NCBI GenBank assembly: GCA_041906785.1
Contig: JAYRIM010000028.1
Location: 121,661-185,660 of the forward strand
Reading direction: 5' to 3'
DNA length: 64,000 bases
Source of the DNA: Candidatus Levyibacteriota bacterium
GTDB lineage: Bacteria > Patescibacteriota > Microgenomatia > Levybacterales > UBA12049
The notes below the pieces were generated by a model, which was not told the origin of the DNA, made no database searches, and worked only from the letters and a program-made list of their open reading frames with translations. Positions 21,972 to 31,360 of the stretch are shown piece after piece; position 1 is the stretch's first letter; each line of letters starts with the position of its first letter. The translations under genes and the position numbers were made by a program.

Positions 21972-22186
21972 AAATACAAGATATATTTTTTTTAGGAATC
22001 TTTCTTTTTCTTATTATAAAATCTAACCCTAAACTTTCTGCTTCTTTTGGTCTTATTTGTATTGTACTGTCGATTCCCCTTTTTAGCTTATGGATATTTT
22101 TTACTGCTCAAAGACTTATCCGGTATGCTACTGCTTTTTTTCTTCTTTCAATTCTGCTTCATTTATATTACGCTAGAAACAAGTGA
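21968..22186 (+). CDS. small membrane protein
   Basis: 72 aa, hydrophobic, translationally coupled. Confidence 0.6.
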   Translation: MKIQDIFFLGIFLFLIIKSNPKLSASFGLICIVLSIPLFSLWIFFTAQRLIRYATAFFLLSILLHLYYARNK

Positions 22187-22189
22187 TTT

Positions 22190-22729
22190 ATGAAAATTGG
22201 AATAGATATTTCACAAACTGCTTATGAAGGAACCGGAGTTGCAAATTTCCTTGAAAGATTGGTAGAAACTCTACTAAAAATTGATGAAACGAATGAATAC
22301 ATTTTATTTTATTCATCGCTTCGGAAAAAATTTCCAATTTCCAATTTCCAATTTCAAATTTCAAATAAAAACTTCACAATAAAACAGTTTAAATTACCTC
22401 CAAGCTTACTTGATATATTGTGGAATAAGTTGCATATTGTTCCCATTGAAACATTGATTGGAGATGTAGATGTATTTATATCTTCAGACTGGACTCAACC
22501 ACCTACAAGTAAAGCAAAGCAGGTGACAATTCTCTATGACTTAATTGTGTATACATATCCTGAAGAAACAGACAAAAAAATTGTTGAAGTGCAAAAAAGA
22601 AGACTACAGTGGGTAAAAAAAGAATGTGATCAGATACTATGCATTTCAGAATCCACAAAAAATGATGCAATGAGAATTCTAGGCATAGAAAAGGAGAGGT
22701 TACAGGTTATTTATCCTGGTGTACAATAA
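22190..22729 (+). CDS. GT4 glycosyltransferase, N-terminal domain only
   Basis: MKIGIDIS...TILYDL...ISESTK; stops at VIYPGVQ, the inter-domain linker. Confidence 0.75.
   Translation: MKIGIDISQTAYEGTGVANFLERLVETLLKIDETNEYILFYSSLRKKFPISNFQFQISNKNFTIKQFKLPPSLLDILWNKLHIVPIETLIGDVDVFISSDWTQPPTSKAKQVTILYDLIVYTYPEETDKKIVEVQKRRLQWVKKECDQILCISESTKNDAMRILGIEKERLQVIYPGVQ
22329..22366 (+). repeat. in-frame heptamer array (AATTTCC)3(AATTTCA)2
   Basis: Read directly; encodes FPISNFQFQISN. Confidence 0.9.
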
Positions 22730-22733
22730 GAAT

Positions 22734-23885
22734 ATGATTATCGGAATTGATGGAAATGAAGCAAATGTTGCACATAAAGTTGGCATCAGCGAGTATGCTT
22801 TTGAACTGTTGTCACAGTTCAAAAATATCAAATATCAAATATCAAATATCAAATATCAAATTTATCTTAAAGATAAACCACGAATTGATTTACCAGCTGA
22901 ATCTGAATATTGGAAGTATCGGGTATTTGGACCGAAAAAACTATGGACGCAATGGAGATTACCGCTTGAGTTATTCGCTCATAGACCCCGACCAAATGTT
23001 TTTTTTACACCTTCTCATTATGCCCCGCGTTTCTCGCCAATTCCACGTGTGGTTTCGGTCATGGATCTTTCTTATATCCATTTTCCAGAAATGTTTAAAA
23101 AAGACGATTTATATCAACTTGTTAACTGGACAAAGTACTCAATCCAAAAATCAAAAGCTATCATTACAATCAGTGAATCAAGCCGAAATGATATAATTGA
23201 AGAGTATGGTGTTTCGAAAGAAAAAGTTCACGTTGTGTATCCAGGAATTAAAGAAATAGTAGATTTACAACCGCATATTTACGCTATGAGTGAATTACAT
23301 ACGAAATACAATATAAATAAAAATTACATTCTTTTTGTTGGAACACTCCAGCCTCGAAAGAATATTGCTCGCCTTATTGAAGCTTTTGCAAAAACGCTGA
23401 AAAATGCGGATCTAGACGCTGAAAAACGCGGAAATTTAGAATTGGTAGTGGTAGGAAGAAAGGGATGGTTATATGAAGAAATTTTAACTGCGCCTGAAAA
23501 ATATAGTATAAAAGAGCATGTTCGATTCCTCGATTATGTACCCGATGAAGATTTACCTTTACTGTATAAACAAGCTTTGTTTTATATACTTCCCAGTCTC
23601 TATGAAGGATTTGGCCTGCCTGTGCTTGAAGCGATGCAATATGAGTGTCCAGTAATAACAAGCAACATTTCGAGTCTTCCAGAGGCTGCAGGGGAGGCGG
23701 CGCTATATATTGACCCTCATAATGTTGATGATATAGCTGAGAAAATGGAAAAACTATTAAAGAGTCCTTCATTACGTAAAGAATTAATTGAGAAAGGGAA
23801 AAAGCAAGTAAAAAAATTTAGTTGGGAAAAAGCTGCAAAAGAAACACTTGCTATTTTAGGAGAAGTAGCTAAAAACAAAGTGTGA
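22734..23885 (+). CDS. GT4 glycosyltransferase
   Basis: GTLQPRKN, YEGFGLPVLEAM. Confidence 0.93.
   Translation: MIIGIDGNEANVAHKVGISEYAFELLSQFKNIKYQISNIKYQIYLKDKPRIDLPAESEYWKYRVFGPKKLWTQWRLPLELFAHRPRPNVFFTPSHYAPRFSPIPRVVSVMDLSYIHFPEMFKKDDLYQLVNWTKYSIQKSKAIITISESSRNDIIEEYGVSKEKVHVVYPGIKEIVDLQPHIYAMSELHTKYNINKNYILFVGTLQPRKNIARLIEAFAKTLKNADLDAEKRGNLELVVVGRKGWLYEEILTAPEKYSIKEHVRFLDYVPDEDLPLLYKQALFYILPSLYEGFGLPVLEAMQYECPVITSNISSLPEAAGEAALYIDPHNVDDIAEKMEKLLKSPSLRKELIEKGKKQVKKFSWEKAAKETLAILGEVAKNKV
22823..22860 (+). repeat. in-frame perfect heptamer array (AAATATC)5
   Basis: Read directly; encodes NIKYQISNIKYQ. Confidence 0.95.
23394..23432 (+). repeat. in-frame four-motif array ACGCTGA/ATGCGGA/ACGCTGA/ACGCGGA, spacing 10-12-10
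   Basis: Read directly; encodes TLKNADLDAEKRG. Confidence 0.75.
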
Positions 23886-23906
23886 TCTAATTTTAAGATC
23901 CTACCC

Positions 23907-23966
23907 ATGTTGTATTGTTGAATTGTTATATTGTTAGGAACAATAAAGCAATATAACAATAGCAAT
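23907..23966. repeat. inverted octamer arrays (ATTGTTAT-like / AACAATAT-like)
   Basis: ATTGTTGA ATTGTTAT ATTGTTAG then AACAATAA AGCAATAT AACAATAG. Confidence 0.85.
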
Positions 23967-23975
23967 TTTAAACAT

Positions 23976-24569
23976 ATGAAGGATAAAAACGGAAACCAAC
24001 TCACTCAAAAAGAGTTGCAGCGAAAATTGAGAAATCGATTAGCCACAGTAAGTTTAGAATTTACTGTGTACTTTCTACATCTTGTCGGATGTATCCCCAG
24101 TCATACTATTCGTCGTTTTTTCTATTCATTAGCTGGTTTACAGATTGGAGAAGGTTCTACGATTCATATGCATGCCACATTGTACAATCCAATGAATATT
24201 ACTATTGGCCAGGATACTTTAATAGGTGAGGGAGTTGTTCTAGATGGGAGAGATAAACTTTCTATCGGAGATCATGTCGATATGGCTTCTGAAGTTATGA
24301 TTTACAATGCTGAACATGATGTTCAAAGTGAAGATTTTCATGCAGTCACAGCAGCTGTCCGTGTTGAAGATTATGTATTTATAGGACCTCGTGCAATCAT
24401 ATTACCCGGAGTAACTATTGGAAAAGGTGCTGTAGTAGGGGCAGGTGCTGTAGTCACAAAAACAGTAAATCCTTTTGAAATAGTAGGTGGTGTTCCTGCA
24501 AAAGTTATAGGTGAAAGGAAACAAAAAGATCTTCATTATAAACTCGGTAGAGCAGCATGGTTCAGGTAA
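23976..24569 (+). CDS. hexapeptide-repeat O-acyltransferase
   Basis: IGPRAIILPGVTIGKGAVVGAGAVVTK, GGVPAK. Confidence 0.92.
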   Translation: MKDKNGNQLTQKELQRKLRNRLATVSLEFTVYFLHLVGCIPSHTIRRFFYSLAGLQIGEGSTIHMHATLYNPMNITIGQDTLIGEGVVLDGRDKLSIGDHVDMASEVMIYNAEHDVQSEDFHAVTAAVRVEDYVFIGPRAIILPGVTIGKGAVVGAGAVVTKTVNPFEIVGGVPAKVIGERKQKDLHYKLGRAAWFR

Positions 24570-24570
24570 A

Positions 24571-24605
24571 AGTATTTAGTATAAAGTATTATGTATTAAG
24601 TATTT
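24571..24605 (+). repeat. intergenic heptamer array (AGTATTW-like)5
   Basis: AGTATTT AGTATAA AGTATTA TGTATTA AGTATTT fills essentially the whole intergenic gap. Confidence 0.85.
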
Positions 24606-25451
24606 ATGCAATTAATTTCTATTTTAATTTTGAGCTACAATACTAAAGATTTGCTCAGAATTTGTTTGCAATCTATCTATAAAAATCTATCAAACGTTTC
24701 GTTTGAAGTGATTGTACTAGACAACGCATCTAAAGACGGTAGTCCTGAAATGATTAGAAAAGAATTTCCTGATACGAAAATAATAGTTTCTGAAAAAAAT
24801 TTGGGATTTGCCAAGGGAATGAATGAAGCTGTCAAAAAAGCAAAAGGAGACTATTTGTTATTCCTTAATTCAGATGCTATCTTAACAGACTCTACAGTAT
24901 TTAATATGCTTACATTTTCAGAGTCATCGGCAGATGTTGCTATAGTTGGTGGACAGTTACTCGATGCTGATGGTACTCTACAGCGATCCTTTGGAAATTT
25001 TTATACTCTTCCCATGGCGTTTATTCTGTTATTCGCTGGAGAGAAGGTGGAATTAGCATTACAAAATACCAAAACAATAAAGCAGGTTGATTGGGTAAAT
25101 GGAGGTTTTATGCTTATTAAAAAAGATATTTTTGAGAGAGTAAAAGGGTTTGATGAACGGTATTTTATGTATGTAGAGGATATGGATTTATGTTATAGAG
25201 TAAAACAAGCAGGATATAAAACCTTTTTTTACCCCACAGCAACTGCTATTCATACAAATCAAGGCAGCTCAAACCGTTCATTTGCTATTCAACACATTCA
25301 TAAAGGATTACTCCTTTTTTATAAAAATCATAAATCTTATCTAGAATATCTGATTCTTAAAGCACTTATTCTTTTAAAAGAAACAATATTAACGTTTATA
25401 GGAATGATAACTGGTAACTCATATTTGAAAACGACATATAAACATACATAA
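24606..25451 (+). CDS. GT2 glycosyltransferase (rhamnosyltransferase-like)
   Basis: DNASKD, NLGFAKG, FLNSD, YFMYVEDMD. Confidence 0.9.
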   Translation: MQLISILILSYNTKDLLRICLQSIYKNLSNVSFEVIVLDNASKDGSPEMIRKEFPDTKIIVSEKNLGFAKGMNEAVKKAKGDYLLFLNSDAILTDSTVFNMLTFSESSADVAIVGGQLLDADGTLQRSFGNFYTLPMAFILLFAGEKVELALQNTKTIKQVDWVNGGFMLIKKDIFERVKGFDERYFMYVEDMDLCYRVKQAGYKTFFYPTATAIHTNQGSSNRSFAIQHIHKGLLLFYKNHKSYLEYLILKALILLKETILTFIGMITGNSYLKTTYKHT

Positions 25452-25454
25452 AAA

Positions 25455-28400
25455 ATGAAATATTTTAAATGGTTAAAAGATAATATTCTTTTTGTTATTA
25501 CGCTTTTCTTGTTAGCTTTTATCCCGCTCTATCCAAAGAAGCCATTGTTAGACATTAAAAACACTTGGGTTTATATAAGAGCTGAAGATTTTATCGTAGT
25601 TTTAGTTATGGCTTTTTGGATATTTCTGCTTATACGGAAAAAAATTACTCTGAGAACACCGTTAACACTGCCTATCTTATTTTTTTGGCTCGCAGGGGCT
25701 ATAGCTACTATCCATGGTGTAATCCTTATTTTTCCTACAATTGCAAATGTTTTTCCCAATGTTTCATTTCTCAGTTTTCTAAGACATATAGAATACATGA
25801 GTTTATTTTTCATAGCGTATAGCGGAATGAAACATAAGCGTTTTTTACCCATTGTTATTACAACATTAACCATTACTCTTCTACTCGTCATCGGTTATGG
25901 TTTCGGACAAAAATATTTAGGATTTCCTGCATATCTAACAATGAACGAGGAGTTTGCGAAAGGAATTCCAATACGATTATCAGCTTTATCAAGAGTTCCT
26001 TCAACATTTGCTGGACATTATGATTTAGCTGCGTATCTGGTTTTAATTATTCCTATACTTGCAAGTTTAATTTTCGGCTTTCGAAATTGGTTGATAAAAA
26101 TAAGTCTCCTAATAACAATCGTGTTGGGTTTTGGATTACTTTTTATGACAGTATCACGTGTTTCATTTTTTGTTCTCTTTCTTGCACTTTTTATCGTACT
26201 CTTCTTTCATAAAAAACGATTTGTTATTTTCTCAATTCCTATTATTGCAGTATTAACGTTTATTTTTATTTCTCTTCAACCATCTCTCTTTGATAGGTTT
26301 ACAAGCACTGTTAAAGATGTAGATGTTCTTATAGACGCAAAAACCGGAGAAGCCTTAGGTCATGTAAAGTACCTATCAGCAGAACAATTTAAAAATAAAA
26401 CTATTTGGCAGCAAGATGTTCGTAGTAAGAATGAAATAGCAGCGATCATAGGTGATGAAAAAGATGAAGTACTAGAAGCATCTCCCTCAGCTTTATTTCC
26501 CTATGAAAATCTCACTCCGGAAGTTCCTGTTTTTATTGCAACTAACATATCAACTGGCGAGAATTTACCACAGGGAACAGGGTATATAAACCTTTCACTT
26601 TCTCCAGTAACAAAAAAACTCGGGTGGTTCATTTATGAACGACAATCAAATCCAGAAAAGTCTATATCTGAAAAAGTCTATGCATTAAATGGAACGTTTT
26701 TAATTAAAAGAGCAGCTGCATATGATCTATCATTTACAACACGATTTCAAGGGGAATGGCCAAACACAATAAAAGCATTTAAGAGAAATATTTTCTTCGG
26801 AAGCGGGTACGGCTCTGTGAGCCTCGCTGTTGATAATAATTATCTTCGGATGTTAGGGGAAATTGGATTATTAGGTCTACTGTCTTTTATAGGTATTTTT
26901 GTGATTATCGGAATTTATATCCGTAAAATCCTCCCTGACGTTGATTCGAATTTGGCAAAAAGTTTTGTTATTGGATTCGTAGCCGGAGTTGTCGGATTAT
27001 TTTTTAATGCATTTTTGATTGATGTTTTCGAAGCATCCAAAATTGCGTTTAGCTTATGGCTTTTGGCAGGAATAACAGTCGGACTTCTAGATTTATATAA
27101 GAAAAAGGATATAAATCTCAGCCAGGAGTTTTTACATGCAATTACTTCTCCTTTAGCAATTATTGTTTATTTAATTACTGCAGTTATAGTTCTTTATACA
27201 CCAATGATCAGTAACTATTTTATAGGTGATGATTTCACATGGTTTAGATGGGCTGATATGGGAGGAAACATTCTTACTTATTTTACACAAGCAGATGGTT
27301 TTTTTTATCGACCTGGAACAAAAATTTATTTTTATCTTATGTATTCAGTTTTTTGGCTAAACCAATCCGTATATCACGCCGTTTCTTTAGTGCTACATTG
27401 TATGATTATTATAGAGTTCTTTTTACTTGCAAAAAAAATCTTTGGGAGAACGCTTTCAGCGTCTCTCGCGGCGTTTCTTTTTCTTATTATTAGCGGATAT
27501 TTTGAAAGTATTTTTTGGATCTCATCTACAGGACATCTTTTCTCTTCCGTTTTTATTTTAGGAAGTCTTCTTTTTTATATTGTTTGGGAAGATAATAAAA
27601 AAACACTTTATTTTATTGCCTCAATTCTATCATTTATATGTAGTCTTCTCTTTTATGAATTAGGTATCGTTACGCCTCTTCTTATTTTATTGTACGCAGC
27701 ATATAAAAGAGAGACATATAATATTTCTTTTATACTTAAGAGAATAGAGTATGTATTCTATATAATTCCATTGATTTTCTATTGGCTTATTCGATATGCT
27801 GCTCAAAGCCATTGGCTAAACGGGGATTATAACTATAATATTATAAAACTACCTTTTAACGCGATTGGTAATAGTATTGGTTATTTCTCTTTAACATTAT
27901 TTGGTCCTATCGTCTTACCTTTTTATGAAAAATTAAGAGATTTCTCAAAGCTTCATGTCGGTTTGACAATGATCGTTGTTTTTTCTGCTTCTGTCCTAGT
28001 GTTCTTTTTATATAAAACACAAAGAAAAAAGATTAATAAAAGAGATAATAGTATTTTTCTTTTTGGTTTTTTCTTTTTTGTTATATCCTTAATACCATTC
28101 TTAGGATTAGGAAATATCACTTCTCGCTATAGCTATTTAGCTTCATTGGGATTAATTATAATTCTTGTTCTTGTCTTAGAGAAAATATATAACCTTTTAT
28201 CAACGAGTGGAAAAAACATCGCTTTTGGAAGTATGGTAGTTGTTCTTATGGTATTCAGTCTTTTCCATATCATGCAAATCCAGCAGATTCACAGTGATTG
28301 GTATGAAGCTGGGCAAAAGGTAAAGAGATTTTTTATAGTAATTGATGAACTATATATTGATGAATGGTCACGGGAACCACTTTCATTGTATTTTGTAAAT

Positions 28401-28628
28401 GTTCCTATACGGCATGGAGACGCATGGGTATTTCCGGTTGGTTTAAAAGATGCTTTATGGTTCTCATTTAAGAATCCTCAATTATCTGTCAACACCACAA
28501 CATCAGCGAACGATGCATTGAATGCAGCTGCGCATTCTGTAAATCCGAAAGTCTTCGAATTTAATGAAGATGGAACACTTGTAGAGCTAACAAGAGTTAA
28601 AGGAAAAATTATAAAAATTAACCGCTAA
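25455..28628 (+). CDS. fusion of an O-antigen ligase/polymerase-like domain and a GT-C domain
   Basis: N-half: STFAGHYDLAAYL, TVSR, GSGYG...DNNYLRMLGEIG. C-half: YFIGDDF, FYRP, SRYSY. Confidence 0.75.
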   Translation: MKYFKWLKDNILFVITLFLLAFIPLYPKKPLLDIKNTWVYIRAEDFIVVLVMAFWIFLLIRKKITLRTPLTLPILFFWLAGAIATIHGVILIFPTIANVFPNVSFLSFLRHIEYMSLFFIAYSGMKHKRFLPIVITTLTITLLLVIGYGFGQKYLGFPAYLTMNEEFAKGIPIRLSALSRVPSTFAGHYDLAAYLVLIIPILASLIFGFRNWLIKISLLITIVLGFGLLFMTVSRVSFFVLFLALFIVLFFHKKRFVIFSIPIIAVLTFIFISLQPSLFDRFTSTVKDVDVLIDAKTGEALGHVKYLSAEQFKNKTIWQQDVRSKNEIAAIIGDEKDEVLEASPSALFPYENLTPEVPVFIATNISTGENLPQGTGYINLSLSPVTKKLGWFIYERQSNPEKSISEKVYALNGTFLIKRAAAYDLSFTTRFQGEWPNTIKAFKRNIFFGSGYGSVSLAVDNNYLRMLGEIGLLGLLSFIGIFVIIGIYIRKILPDVDSNLAKSFVIGFVAGVVGLFFNAFLIDVFEASKIAFSLWLLAGITVGLLDLYKKKDINLSQEFLHAITSPLAIIVYLITAVIVLYTPMISNYFIGDDFTWFRWADMGGNILTYFTQADGFFYRPGTKIYFYLMYSVFWLNQSVYHAVSLVLHCMIIIEFFLLAKKIFGRTLSASLAAFLFLIISGYFESIFWISSTGHLFSSVFILGSLLFYIVWEDNKKTLYFIASILSFICSLLFYELGIVTPLLILLYAAYKRETYNISFILKRIEYVFYIIPLIFYWLIRYAAQSHWLNGDYNYNIIKLPFNAIGNSIGYFSLTLFGPIVLPFYEKLRDFSKLHVGLTMIVVFSASVLVFFLYKTQRKKINKRDNSIFLFGFFFFVISLIPFLGLGNITSRYSYLASLGLIIILVLVLEKIYNLLSTSGKNIAFGSMVVVLMVFSLFHIMQIQQIHSDWYEAGQKVKRFFIVIDELYIDEWSREPLSLYFVNVPIRHGDAWVFPVGLKDALWFSFKNPQLSVNTTTSANDALNAAAHSVNPKVFEFNEDGTLVELTRVKGKIIKINR

Positions 28629-28630
28629 TT

Positions 28631-30091
28631 ATGGCAAAACTCTTCTCAAAAAATACATTGTTGCTATTATTTGTAGTTATAGTAGGTTTTCTCTTGAGGC
28701 TTTATAAAATTGAAAATCCGATTGCTGATTGGCATAGTTGGAGACAGGTCGATACGTCAGCTGTATCAAGAACTTTCGTAACAAACGGTTTTGATATTTT
28801 ACATCCTCGTTTTGAAGATATTTCGAACGTTCCTTCGGGAAAAGATAATCCTGAAGGATATAGATTTGTAGAATTTCCTCTCTATAATATTTTTCAAGCA
28901 GGTTTTTATACTATATTTGATACATTTTCACTGGAAGTTTGGGGAAGATTAGTAACAATATGTTCCTCACTACTAGCAGGAATATTCTTATATGTATTAG
29001 TAAAGAGGCATTCAGATGAACTTACTGCATTATGTGTGTCAATCGTGTACCTTACATTACCTTTTAATGTCTATTTCGGTAGAACTGTTCTTCCGGATCC
29101 TTCTATGATTATGACAATTCTTGCTGGGATTTATTTTTTTGACAATTATGTAGAAAAAACAAATAAGAAAAAAGCACTTTACTACATGCTTGCAGTTGTT
29201 TTTACCGCTTCTTCATTTCTGCTGAAACCGTACGCATTATTTTTTACACTCCCTATGTTTTATTTGGTGATTAAAAAATATCCTCGGAGTTTTTTTAAAC
29301 AATGGCAACTTTGGCTTTTTATTTTTTTAACAGTTTTTCCTCTCCTAGGCTGGCGTCAATGGATATCGCAATTCCCTGAAGGAATTCCGGCGAGTGATTG
29401 GTTATTTAATGCAGGTAACATCCGTTTTACTGGAGCATATTTTTACTGGATTTTTGCTGATAGAATTGCACGATTAATCTTAGGATATTGGGGAATAACA
29501 TTTTTCATTTTTGGAATACTGTTTGGAAAAACAGTATTAAAAGAGAAGAAAGACTTTGGTTTTTTTATCAGTTTTATTTTTTCATCACTTTTATATCTCA
29601 TTATTATTGCTAGAGGAAATGTCCAACATGACTATTATCAAATTGCGATTGTTCCTTCTCTATCTATTTTTACAGGATTAGGATTACGTTTTTTGATTAA
29701 CAATTCTCTACACGAATTAGATAAAAAAATCACAATCACTGCAGTAACTATATTACTTTTATTTATGTATATGTTTAGTTGGTATTTTGTTAGAGATTAT
29801 TACAATATAAATAATAAATCGATAATAATAGCTGGTGCTGCTGTGGATGAGAAAACACCTAAAAATGCGAAAGTAGTTGCTCCTTATGATGGAGATACCA
29901 CGTTGCTTTATTATACATATCGACAAGGATGGGCAAGTTTTCAAAATCCTCTTCCTGAATTAATTCAAAAAGGCGCAACACATCTTGTTCTCATTAACCC
30001 TTCAGAAAAAGATCGTGAGATTGGGAAAACATATAAAATTATTGCAGATACGAAAGAATATATTTTATTTGATTTAAGAAAATCACCATGA
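28631..30091 (+). CDS. ArnT/PMT-family GT-C glycosyltransferase
   Basis: WHSWRQVDT, VEFPLYN, LLKPY, HDYYQ. Confidence 0.8.
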   Translation: MAKLFSKNTLLLLFVVIVGFLLRLYKIENPIADWHSWRQVDTSAVSRTFVTNGFDILHPRFEDISNVPSGKDNPEGYRFVEFPLYNIFQAGFYTIFDTFSLEVWGRLVTICSSLLAGIFLYVLVKRHSDELTALCVSIVYLTLPFNVYFGRTVLPDPSMIMTILAGIYFFDNYVEKTNKKKALYYMLAVVFTASSFLLKPYALFFTLPMFYLVIKKYPRSFFKQWQLWLFIFLTVFPLLGWRQWISQFPEGIPASDWLFNAGNIRFTGAYFYWIFADRIARLILGYWGITFFIFGILFGKTVLKEKKDFGFFISFIFSSLLYLIIIARGNVQHDYYQIAIVPSLSIFTGLGLRFLINNSLHELDKKITITAVTILLLFMYMFSWYFVRDYYNINNKSIIIAGAAVDEKTPKNAKVVAPYDGDTTLLYYTYRQGWASFQNPLPELIQKGATHLVLINPSEKDREIGKTYKIIADTKEYILFDLRKSP

Positions 30092-31296
30092 ATATTTTAT
30101 TAATTTCTTCATATTTGCCTTATCCGCTTTATTCTGGTGGACATATCCGACTATTTAATTTAATTAAAGAACTATCGAAAAAGCACAGAATAACATTGGT
30201 TTGCGAGAAACGTGCGTACCAAACTGAAAAGGATATTATGGAAGTCGCCAGGTACTGTGACACTGTTCATACAGTTCACAGGAATAAGCAGTGGAGTCTA
30301 AAAAACATTATAAAAACAGGTTTCTCATTTAAGCCTTTTTTATTAGTCGGTCATGACCATAATGATATGAAGAAAAAGATTAAGGAGTTACTTGAGAAAA
30401 AAAAATTTGATGTCATACATGTTGAAACATTCTACGTACTGCAAAACGTTCCGGAGACTGAAATTCCGATAATACTTGTAGAACATAATATTGAATATTC
30501 AGTATATAAACGGTACGCAGATCAGGCAAAAATTTTTCTTCGTCCATTCTTTTATATTGATGTTAAAAAACTAGAAATCGCTGAAAAAAAATCATGGAAT
30601 AGAGTACATAAAGTAATCGCAGTTTCAGAAATTGAAAAGAAAAAAATAGGAATAGATGGCGTAGAAGTAGTGCCAAATGGTGTAGATCTAGGTCTTTTTA
30701 CTTTTAGAAAACCACTAGAAAAATCATATCATTCTGTTGCTAAACAAGCGCATATGCCAGAGAAAGAGTTGTTATTCATAGGTGATTTTTCTTGGATTCA
30801 AAATCGTGATGCAGTAAAATGGATTATTAATGATATTTGGCCATATTTGTTACGCGCAGTTGAAGGAGAAATTAAAATTAAGTTCCACATCGCAGGAAGA
30901 CAGATTCCTTCGGAAATTAGATCTTTAAGCACATATGACAGCATTATATATACAGAAAATTCACCAAATACTGTAGAACTTTTTAAGAATGCAGATGTAC
31001 TATTAGCGCCGATACGAGTAGGGGGTGGAACGAGCTATAAAATATTGGAAGCAATGGCTACAGGCGTCCCCGTAGTAACAACATCGTTAGGTATTGAAGG
31101 TTTACAGGCCAAACCTGATGTTCATGCTATATGTGCAGACGAAACACAAGCTCTGGTTGAAAAAACAGCTCGGCTTTTGAGAGATACAACTCTCTATGAG
31201 AATGTAGGAAAAAATGCACGGAAACTCATAGAAGAAAAATATAATTGGAAAGTAATTGCAAAGAAATTAGAAGAAGTGTATGAAGCTATAAAATAA
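30088..31296 (+). CDS. GT4 glycosyltransferase
   Basis: PYPLYSGG, VPNGVD, GTSYKILEAM. Confidence 0.92.
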   Translation: MNILLISSYLPYPLYSGGHIRLFNLIKELSKKHRITLVCEKRAYQTEKDIMEVARYCDTVHTVHRNKQWSLKNIIKTGFSFKPFLLVGHDHNDMKKKIKELLEKKKFDVIHVETFYVLQNVPETEIPIILVEHNIEYSVYKRYADQAKIFLRPFFYIDVKKLEIAEKKSWNRVHKVIAVSEIEKKKIGIDGVEVVPNGVDLGLFTFRKPLEKSYHSVAKQAHMPEKELLFIGDFSWIQNRDAVKWIINDIWPYLLRAVEGEIKIKFHIAGRQIPSEIRSLSTYDSIIYTENSPNTVELFKNADVLLAPIRVGGGTSYKILEAMATGVPVVTTSLGIEGLQAKPDVHAICADETQALVEKTARLLRDTTLYENVGKNARKLIEEKYNWKVIAKKLEEVYEAIK

Positions 31297-31357
31297 TTGT
31301 TATATTGCTAAATTGTTATATTGTTTTAGGATTAGAGCGATGTAACAATACAACAAT
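31296..31357. repeat. inverted octamer arrays
   Basis: ATTGTTAT ATTGCTAA ATTGTTAT ATTGTTTT ... AACAATAC AACAAT. Confidence 0.85.
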
Positions 31358-31360
31358 CCT

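Noticed and set aside
22747-23196. 149-aa alternative-frame ORF over the GT4 gene
   Set aside because: No recognisable motifs; partly kept open by the stop-free heptamer array.
23931-23975. Longer starts from the ORF track here and at 36505, 44351, 46314, 49415 and 60646
   Set aside because: The extensions run through repeats or regulatory DNA; downstream ATGs fit family N-termini or SD sites better.
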